NCBI GenBank assembly: GCA_012295275.1
Contig: CM022670.1
Coordinates: forward strand, 36,456,001-36,520,000
Direction: 5' to 3'
DNA length: 64,000 bases
DNA from: Chrysomallon squamiferum
Taxonomy: Eukaryota > Animalia > Mollusca
The notes under the pieces are model-generated. The model saw only the letters and a list, made by a program, of their open reading frames with translations, ran no database searches and had not been told where the DNA came from. A program made the position numbers and the translations under genes. Shown piece by piece: positions 54,108-64,000 of the stretch (its first letter is position 1; every line of letters starts with the position of its first letter).

Positions 54108-54794
54108 CAGTGGTACCGTGACTTACGGGTTTAATTCGTTCCATGACCGTGCTCGTAATTCAATCTGCTCGTATACATCAAATCACTTTTCCAAAATGAA
54201 AATAATTGAAATATCATTAATCCGTTCCAGTTCCAGTTCCCCCAAAACAAACCCAATTTTTTAAAAGTATTTTTAAATAAGAAAAATGTATGTATAAATA
54301 ACAAATACAAAAGAGAATGTAAAGAAATAAATTGTAAAGTGTTCAGGGTTAGGGTTTCTCCATCTTTTCATCGACAGAGGTCCGCAGCTTAGAAATTATT
54401 TTGATGCCTTTGGCTGGAGTTATAGCCTTTATAGCCTGCTTCAGTGTGGTACATATCGTAAAATGACTACGCTTGTACTACCTAGCCAAGTCGACTACAC
54501 GCACACCTCACTCATGTTTTTCTATGATTTCATGCTTTTATTCTTCTTCTCAGCACTGTCCTTTGCACTCACTTTTTTAGGATCCATGGAAATTGAGGAA
54601 AATACTGCACAAAAGTGCGAGCAGAACACAACAGAGATGCTTCGGCTGCGAGGTAAGCACGTAAAGCAAGCGAGTGATACGCGGGACGCTGGACGGATAT
54701 TGTGTTGTTCGTTGCGCCAATTAACGGCAGCGTTTCTGAAGCTCGCTCGTAACTCGGATTTTGACTCGCAACACAAAGCAATAATGGACCGCTG
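54108..54794 (-). mobile_element. Non-autonomous Tigger derivative (copy of 10244-10930)
   Basis: Near-identical sequence with the same termini. Confidence 0.72.
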
Positions 54795-54824
54795 TATTAT
54801 TATTAATTAATTTATTTATTTATC

Positions 54825-54864
<40 letters not shown>

Positions 54865-54865
54865 G

Positions 54866-56970
54866 CATGTTCACATTAAAAAATCCGGCAACCTCCGGAT
54901 ATAAGAAGTGCCGGATTTTCAAAAATGCCGGATATTTTATGGTTATATATGCTGTGTATATTTAACAGAAAATTAGTACCTGTTTAGTCCTTTAAAGAAA
55001 GAAAATTGAACACTAAATGAAAAGCAAATGAAATTTTAATGTTCACCAACTAATAAAATAGTTCTACAGAATTTTAATTCAACTAAATAAAATAGATCCT
55101 CAGAATTTGAATTTAGAAAAATCTCAGAATTTTAATTCACCTAAATAAAATAGTTTATCTGAATTTTAATCATTACTGTACCCTCGAAAAGAAGCTAAGT
55201 AGCAGATGGCCTAAATAGCAGGATCAGCATCTTCATCACTGACATTGACAATATTCTCAGCAATAGGAACATGACGATGATGGTGTCAGCACATCTGGTT
55301 GACTTGAAGTTGATGGCAGTGGTGTATCAAGTGTGGACACTGCTGCTGCTTCTTCCTGCTTCCTAGCTATTTTCTTGAATATATCGTGCAGTGTCTGTTG
55401 CCTCATATACTCGGGTATTTCTGTAATAAGTTTATCTTAGAACAAGTAAACATTCACAATTTCCTGTTCACTTACAAAACTTTATTGCTCTAGTCCAGCC
55501 AGCAGTTCAGTTGTCAACGTAATTAGCCTGTCAATAGAGATTCTTTCTCTCACATCTTCCTCATTTTCATCACTGCTTTCATCTTCATCACTACCCGTAC
55601 AGGCATTTCTCTCCGGAATTTTAACCATAACTACAATTTCAGAATCAGTGTAATGATGAACTGTAGGCACATTGCCATCAACATCCATCCAATCTTTAAA
55701 ACATCTTCATTTATCCTTGATGAAAGTTTCTTGGCATCAGGATTAGTTACATCTTTAATATAAGCAATAAGTTCCTGTAAAAGCTGCTTTTCTTTGGAAA
55801 CCCTAAACCCTCCAAAATTATTTTCTGTGTCTTCGTTAGAATGAGAAGTAAACATTAAACTTGGCCACAATTTATGCCATCCACTTTTCAGTGTTGATGT
55901 TTTCACAGCCGTCCATGAATTGGCAACACAGTACACTGCATCCGTAATGTTGAATTCGTTTATGAATTCTGAACTGAGGTGCCTGAATTAAGTGAACTCG
56001 CTAGGCGCCTCATTAACAGGGATCGATACTTACACTTCATTGAACATATAATACCATTGTCTTGTGGTTGAATTAGTGATGTGCAGTCGGATGGGAGGTA
56101 GACAACAAAAACATTATCTTTTGGAAGTGCCGAACAATTGTCTAAAATAAGAAGTATCTTGCATTTAGGGTCTAGTCCAACTGAGTTACAGTGAGCCCTA
56201 GCCCCAGGAACAAAACATTTTTGAAACCAATCCAATGTAATATCAGTGGTAACCCACACCTTCTTGTTGGCACGGTAATAGACAGGAAACTGTGTCATTC
56301 CCTTGAAGGCCCTTGGATGTAAACTTTTCCTGATAACAAGCAACTTACATCTGTGGATACCCGCAGCATTAGAGCAGAACATTACGGTGAATCGTTCCAT
56401 GGCGATTCTGCATTGTTAGTTGTCACAGTTCTTTTTGGCGTACATCTCCAAAACAAGGCAGTCTCGTCCGCATTGTACACTTGTTTAGGACGTAAATGTT
56501 CATCACTTACTAACTTTGCATTTCATCCACAAATGCACTAGCCGCATCTTTTTCAGCTGAACGTTTTTTTTTACCACCATACACTGTTGAAGGAGGCAGT
56601 GTCGTATGTTTCACAAATGGTTTGCACAGACACGTCGATATTAATTTTTGTTTAGCATTTCCAGTTTCTCTGCGATCGACAAAGCACGATGTTTACGTTT
56701 TACGCCACCTCTTTTCTTTGCTGAATCCATAATGGTGTTGTACAGCAGCAAATAAATGATAAAATGAGAAGGAATGAGCAGGAATAACTGTTAGCAGGTG
56801 CAAGGAAGACCCAACAGCTGATTCTGGAGTACAGCGCCATCAAAACATAAACGGCGCCTCCAGAAAACAGTTGCGCGCCAACACGGTAAATTTAAAAACG
56901 GCCTCCGAAATCCATGCCAGAAATCTGAAGGAACCGGATTTTCGATGACCGGATTTTTGAATGTCAACCG

Positions 56971-56971
<1 letters not shown>
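54866..56971 (-). mobile_element. Degenerate pogo/Tigger (Jerky-like) transposon with both TIRs
   Basis: TIRs CATGTTCACATTAAAAAATCCGG and CCGGATTTTTGAATGTCAACCGG|TA, DDE motif 'LLILDNCSA...LPSDCTSLIQPQDNGII', and an internal deletion in the HTH region. Confidence 0.9.
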
Positions 56972-57011
<40 letters not shown>

Positions 57012-57192
57012 TACTGTCCAATTTTAATGAAATATAACAATACAACTGAAAAAATATATGGATGCCATTATTTTGCTGAATTCATAACATTATCATACAT
57101 AGTGTTGACCGATTTGCACAAGATACGTGTAAATGGGTGCACAGGCACCACAACGAAAACAAATTCAAAGTTACTACTAAATTTTTACTTAC

Positions 57193-57666
57193 TTTCATCA
57201 ACAGGCGATTGTGAGATTTCACTTCTGCCGCTAAGGACTTTTCCAGCGCTTTGCATTGTTGCCTCAACATCTGTATTTCTTTCAATCTATCATCCTTCAC
57301 CATGTATATATGAAATTTTGTGCCCAGTCTCTCTGTTATATCTAAAGACTTGTTCGTGACCTCGGACATATCTTTCACGGTGGTGTACAAAAACTCATCC
57401 TTCTTTCTGAGTTCGTCTTCAGCTTTTTTCAATCTGGCAGAAAGATATGATATTTCCTTTTTTTGTTCTTCCAGTTGAATATTACTGTTCTCATGGACAT
57501 CTCGTTGTATTTCAGGTAAAGAATGCGAAGTTTCCGAATGTTTTAGCATTTCTTCAAACGTCGGCTGGACAGATCCGATAAATTCCGGCGAGATTTCTCT
57601 CATAACTTTTAGGAGATTTTGTTTCGCCGTTTCGTCCATTTCTTCGGGTGAAGGTGGTGAAGCCAT
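57193..57666 (-). pseudogene. Copy D: orphan coiled-coil exon 1 (open frame), with exons 2-5 deleted
   Basis: A 474-nt exon with intact ATG and gtaag donor. Intron 1 is fused at about 53622 to the M6 3' UTR copy, about 30 bp before where the exon 2 acceptor would lie. Confidence 0.75.
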
Positions 57667-57815
57667 TGTATTTAGTAGAAATGGTATTTATCAGTCAAAG
57701 AAACTGAAAACTTATTTATTTCCGGAAGTTTATCGAGCTGTTCCTACTATAAAAGTAAGAAGTCAAATATTATTCATATTAATAATGATGATGAAGATGA
57801 TTTATAATGAAGATG

Positions 57816-57859
<44 letters not shown>

Positions 57860-59172
57860 TTAATTGAAACTTAACAAAAACTAAATCGCCTGTACAAATA
57901 AAAATAACGCAGCAACCGATACTTAACATAAATAAAACAATATTCATCTAGGAGAAATCTTAACTTTATCTTTTCTGCAAATTGCAACTCACCTATAACA
58001 TGTCGCAGTACCAGTATCTATTAACACATATATTTGTTATAATCTGTCATGTTATCACCAGCAGTGCTGGAAAATGTTTTGTTTATTTTAATATAAAAAT
58101 GGATAATACTGTCAATAAATAAATTTCTACTATTATTCCTGTAGTAGATTTGATGTTGCAGCTATTAAGGTTGGTAACAATAAAAATAACTAAGTAACTA
58201 AATAACTAACTAAACAAACAAACAAACAAATAATGTTACTGTCACAACTATTAAAATGAACGTACTATAAGTCTTGGTAGCTAGTAAAATTAGTAAAAAA
58301 ATTATAATTAACTAACTAAAGAAAGAGAGAAAGAAAGAAAAAATGGGAAAAAAACAACTACATTATTTCCACTCTCAATGCTGCCATCTTGGATTTTAAT
58401 ATAAATATAATTTATTATTTAACTTGCCGTATAAATAACTTCTAAACTGAACTGAAAAAGCATATAATGAGTACACAGTTTAAGTATTCTGAATAATATA
58501 TTTTTTCAATAAATGGTTTGACCACAAAAGTCAACAACCTAATGAGATTGATCGTATCATCTACGTTGAATCTCAAAATACGAGTTACCACTTCCATTTG
58601 TTAAATATGAGACACATTCAACTACAAAGAATAACTTCACATTAAAAAATATATATATTTTTTTAAAATAGCCCAAAGAAAAATCTAAGGTACAATTGTT
58701 TTAAAATGCAAAGGATTTTTATTTCGTTATGAAAGTAAAATATATTGTAATAATTAAATCAGGTCAAATAATATTTTACATAGAAACCTGATGTATTATA
58801 TCTTAATGTATTTACGGAGATCAAAAACTGAATTTAAAATATAGGTGCAAATAAATATGATTTTGTATGGCATTTAAAAACGATTGTTGAGATTTTGCTA
58901 ATTATTTTGCTAATCTAAATATTCTGATAATAATCCGACACAACTTAGCTTTGTTAGAAATATTTCCTTGTGTTTATTGGGCTTTCCACATGATAACAAA
59001 ATAAACCAGTTACAATTAAGAAATTGATATATGCAACAACAAGAGATATTCTATTTATTTACGTGTCTGTCAGTTTTATAATCAACATTTTTCTTGTTAT
59101 TGATTTAATTTATTGTTGTGATTTTATGAATAACTACTACTGATACTAAGACTACCATTAATTTTAATTAAC

Positions 59173-59219
<47 letters not shown>

Positions 59220-61418
59220 CCAGTATTTAATGATACTGTATTTAATGATAATTATTAGATATGACTTCTATAAAGATGCCGTAATTTCATCTGTAGACAA
59301 TAATAGATAGAGGAAACCCGATTCAGACAAACATGAGTTACTGCACATGAGTTATTTTAGTACCTTTGGTTTTTAATGAGGCGAATTTCTATTTTTGGCT
59401 AGTTTTGATAATTATTTATGACAATTTACAATTATTCTACACACATTCATTGTTATTACTTTATTTGTATTGTTACGTTAAAAGTCGTTATTTTATTTTT
59501 TAGTTTAAATTTTCACAAGTATTTTGTTGAATGCACTTATAATTGTATGTAAATAAAAATAATCTTAACTGTTTTCGTTAAATACAATTTTTATAACGAC
59601 TATGATGTAATTGTTGTTATTATTATTCATATCATGATATGTTCCATCCTAATAACATAGCCGAATTAAAATGTAATATAAACCAGGGGAAAGTATTTTT
59701 TTTAAGAACTTGCATCTAATGGATTTTCTTGTAATGAAAATTTTAATGAGCAAATCCATTGCAGCCATTCCTTGAGTATTCTTCTTACGGTATTATTATT
59801 AATACAACAATACTCTAAATTTATCTTTCATTCGTTTTCCTTAAAAAAACTGATGTTGATGATAATAATACTAATAACATTCCGGAATCATGTTGAAATT
59901 CGAGCTATGTGGTAGCCTACACGTAGGTTGTTGAAACAAGCTGCATGATTTGGCGGCATAAAATGAACAATAAAACTAAATCAACAATTTGTATAAAAGT
60001 ACTACGTATTTACGAATGAGAATTAACTCCTATTAATTCTTTTCGTATTTTACAGCAACTACTACATTATAGCAGCAGATTGAAAATAAAATTGATTATA
60101 CCTTAAAATTAGTATTCCGTTATCTTTTTCCTTACAGTGGAGTACTGCTTTAGCGCCAGACTACACAAAAAAATGACTCGTGTGATACAACGTTGGTGCT
60201 TACTAAACAACCAGTGCACTTTTTGTTAAGCATCTTTCTGACCTCGTATACCTCCGCTCTGGCAGTCAGTGAACATGATATACAGTAATTCGCTTGGAAC
60301 GGTATTTGTTACAGATTGAATGTATTTGAACACAAAGCTGTACCCAGTGAGCATTCAGTGGCTCAGACACCTGCGGAGTATTGGGTTTATGCAACATAAA
60401 AAATATTTATTTTTGGCTTTTGTATGGACAGTCTATAATTAGACCGAATCAATGTCATTTGTGTCATTCTTTTTAAATCTTTATCACAAAATATAATTCA
60501 CCCATAATTAATGTTTTAAATTTTTATATATCTAGCACTCCATAAAGGAGCATTGTTTCAAATAAAAACTCTGTAGATATAAAATACATACAGGTAAATA
60601 ATTAAATAAATAAAAACAGCTTCTTTATTAGTAAAATATATAATAAAACAGTAAACAGTGTTTTGGTGTTCTGTCATTAACTGGTAACTTACAACTGGTT
60701 GTTAACATTTGATATTTACCATTAATCCTTAAAGTTAAATATTAATATACTTCACAGAAACATGTCAGAGTTTATTAGAGGATACTTAAATAATGGCTTT
60801 TTAGAAAAATAATAAATACATGCACCTGTGTGTTTATGTAAATATACGTATCAAAAAATAATTAACTTGAGCATAATATATATATATTTTTTTTTTTTAG
60901 AAAATGTCACAACATCTAGTTAGATATTTTACACCCAGTCAGATAAAAAAAATAAATAAATAAATAAATAAAGAAAGAAAGAAAGAAAGAAATAAAATAA
61001 AGAAAAAGCTACAGAAAGTATCAACATCGAAAGCAAAAGAATTTTAAAAAGATAAAAATGTACTCTTAAAAATCACTGTTTTGTATGTATGTATGTATAT
61101 GTGTTTGTGTGTAATTAAATTTAATAATTATAAAAAAGTAACAATTTAGTGTTTTATGTTGTGGTAACTCTCACTCTAACTGTACATGTATATATATACA
61201 ATTATATAATCTTCCTCTCTCATGAATATTTAATATTCAATTAATAATACTATGATGTAAATATTTTGATGATATATTTCGGGTGGGCTAATGATTAAAA
61301 AAATAAAATGCACTAAATTCTAAAACCAATATCAAAAGACACAATTTGAAACTTTATAAAATTTACATTATTAAAGATGTAGTTTTTACATACTGTCAAA
61401 AAAAAGTAGACCAAATTA

Positions 61419-62470
61419 TCTCATAAGTGCATACTATACGGTCTCAGTATTTTGACAATTTCGTGATATATTATATGAGTCCTTTACCCAAAATGTATCA
61501 AAGAACATTATCACATTATTAAAACAAGTTCCTGATTGGTTTTTATTTTTACTAGCTATAACTTCTAACACACTAAATTGGAAAGACAGTTTGCTGCACT
61601 GAAATGGGGTGCATCCCATTGTGCCTACGTCCCACTTTTCGTACAGCCCAGTTTGCTTGGTTCAAGGACGCTGTCCTAGGCACATACCTCAGGTCTGGGT
61701 TGGAGCCGGTACCGCCTTAACACTTCAATGGCTGTCACATATTTATGCTTCTTAATGATCGCCTGTAATCTTAGTATTAATAGTATCATTTAAATAATTT
61801 TCTCATAAATGCATATTATACGGTCTTAGTGTTTTGACAGTCCCATGGTAGATTATATGAGTCCTTTACACAAAATGCATCAAAGAACATTATCACATTA
61901 TTAAAACAAATACCTGATTGTTTTTTATTTTTACTAGCTATAACTTCTAACACACTAAATTGGAAAGACAGTTTGCTGCACTGAAATGGGGTGCATCCCA
62001 TTGTGCCTACGTCCCACTTTTCGTACAGCCCAGTTTGCTTGGTTCAAGGACGCTGTCCTAGGCACATACCTCAGGTCTGGGTTGGAGCCGGTACCGCCTT
62101 AACACTTCAATGGCTGTCACATATTTATGCTTCTTAATGATCGCCTGTAATCTTAGTATTAATAGTATCATTTAAATAATTTTCTCATAAATGCATATTA
62201 TACGGTCTTAGTGTTTTGACAGTCCCATGGTAGATTATATGAGTCCTTTACACAAAATGCATCAAAGAACATTATCACATTATTAAAACAAATACCTGAT
62301 TGTTATAATTCGTACCAAGTACAATTTATAATACACTAATTTGGAAAGACAATTTGGCGCACTGAAATGTTTACAAAGATGAGCTCAACATTTCAGGGGC
62401 TGTCACATAATTATGCTTCTTAATGATCGGCTGCAATCTTAGTATTAATATTATTATTTAATAAAATTTT
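61419..62470. repeat. 382-bp tandem repeat, about 2.7 units
   Basis: Units start at 61419, 61801 and 62183. The first two contain a GC-richer segment of about 115 bp that the third lacks. Confidence 0.9.
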
Positions 62471-62510
62471 CTTTCTTTTTGAACGATGACCGTGATAATG
62501 TTTTTTGATA

Positions 62511-62966
62511 TTATATTCTGCTGAGTGTTTTGTCATTTTTCATCAGCAACTCCTTGTTGTAGTTCACCGCTGTGAGTATTGTGGACAATAGTCTTGTAAT
62601 GTCCACATCGTTCTCATTCAGACTGAGAGATTCATTAACAGTTGTTAATTCGGGTTGCAATGAACGCTGCACAACTGTTTTATATTCCATATTTAGTGTG
62701 CCCGTAAGAGTCGTCAATTCTTTTAGTTCATCTGAATAATGGAAACAAATACAACAACAATAATAATAATAATCATAATAATAATAATAATAATAATAAT
62801 AATTATAATAATAATAAAAATTACAATAGAACAATAAAAAATTAAGTAAATAATTAAATAAAAATATTAATAAATTGTGCAATAAATCGAAAGCGCAAAC
62901 TGGACGTAAAAATAAAATAAATAAATAAGATCAACTGATCAATCGATGAAAAAATAAATCTATTCA

Positions 62967-63025
<59 letters not shown>

Positions 63026-63762
63026 TAAAATATGGATATAAATAAATAAATAAATAAATAAATAATAATTTGAAAAATTAATACCAGCGTAGGGTACATT
63101 TATTCTTACCTAGAAGTATTTCAGCAAGATGATGTTGACCAGTTTTGATCAAAGCGTCCACCAAGCAGTCGAAAGCTTTCTCTCCAAACAGAGGAAGGAT
63201 GTCGACGAGACGTCGAAACGTTTCTGTTCTTGTCTCTGGACTGAGAATGTAATCAACATCACAAAGTGACAACACAGCATGGTCACGCAGGTGTGATACC
63301 ACGTAGCTTACAAATATGTCTGCTTCAAGTCTGCTGTACGCCTTTTCTATAGCAGTTGTGTGATGAGGAGGCATTAAACCATCTTTAAAAAAAGTAAAAT
63401 ATATATAAATAATAATAATAATAAATAGTTTAGAAAAGAATAATAATCCGTTTAAAAGAAAACGATAATAATTTGTGAACATTCTTTCCACATTCTGTAT
63501 TACAAACAGTAACAAAAACGCTAATAGTCACATTTATGTTTTATAACACGTGAAAACCAGTAATTAGACACCTTACCGGAGAATGGACAGATAGATAATC
63601 TTTGACAAGCTGAAATCAGATCAGCGACAGACTGTGACGTTTTGTTCCATTCGTACAGCACGTCCCAGAAAACTTTTCCACTTTCTTCATTAACTAATTT
63701 CTCCACTGCACTGCTGTTTAAGCCTAGAGCTAAACCAAACTTCATGACTTTATCTTTGTCGT
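62511..63762 (-). CDS. Copy E (3' part; 5' exons beyond the window): DD-like + CARD + non-hydrophobic tail
   Basis: Exons are 63762-63577 (186 nt), 63382-63110 (273 nt) and 62731-62511; introns are GT-AG and the frame is open. It ends 'DVDITRLLSTILTAVNYNKELLMKNDKTLSRI*'. Confidence 0.8.
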
Positions 63763-64000
63763 CTGGAAAAACACGTGAATAATCAATTAAAACTAACAAA
63801 AAATTATAAATAGACAATGAACGGAAAAAAAAGATGAAAAGCACAACAAAAAAAAAACAACAACAACAACGGCGACAACAATTTGAAATTAAATACAAAG
63901 AAAACGCTGTAGGAAATTTAATAATAGTCAATAGTTCTTAAATTAATTTATGACTGATGATTCCACTGCGATGACTGTATTGCTATTTGTAAAAAGAAGA

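Larger units (their letters stand above)
53622..61135. repeat. Direct segmental duplicate of about 9632-16550
   Basis: Same-strand match through intron 1, the transposons, exon 1 and the upstream region of copy A; near-identical in places. Confidence 0.9.

Noticed and set aside
53622-61135. The duplications as purely uncollapsed haplotypes
   Set aside because: There are more than two copies, alternating orientations and copy-specific large deletions, which argues for real paralogy. The A versus D pair is similar enough that read depth should still be checked.
61419-62470. 382-bp tandem repeat as a possible hammerhead retrozyme or CRISPR-like array
   Set aside because: I found no CUGANGA/GAAA hammerhead core on either strand and no repeat-spacer alternation, and the context is eukaryotic.

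Overview
AT-rich, intron-containing invertebrate animal DNA with many (TAA)n microsatellites; it looks mollusc-like, but that is only an impression. The left end holds the 5' part of an NXT1-like gene (minus strand) head-to-head with a 7-exon M6/PLP/DM20 proteolipid gene (plus strand). The rest of the window is a patchwork of direct and mirror-image segmental duplications carrying five copies of one multi-exon death-fold gene, which I assembled by hand from GT-AG sites. Its architecture is coiled-coil, linker, death-domain-like, caspase-2/RAIDD-type CARD, then a polar spacer and a hydrophobic C-terminal tail. Copies A (444 aa) and C (553 aa) are intact, B is a pseudogene, D keeps only the coiled-coil exon, and E (cut by the window edge) ends in a non-hydrophobic tail. 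Three M6 pseudogene copies, pogo/Tigger remnants and a MULE-like remnant were duplicated along with the family. The main candidate for an undescribed system is this diversifying cluster of apparently tail-anchored and soluble DD-CARD adaptors. All domain calls are by eye and need HMM, structure and RNA-seq confirmation.
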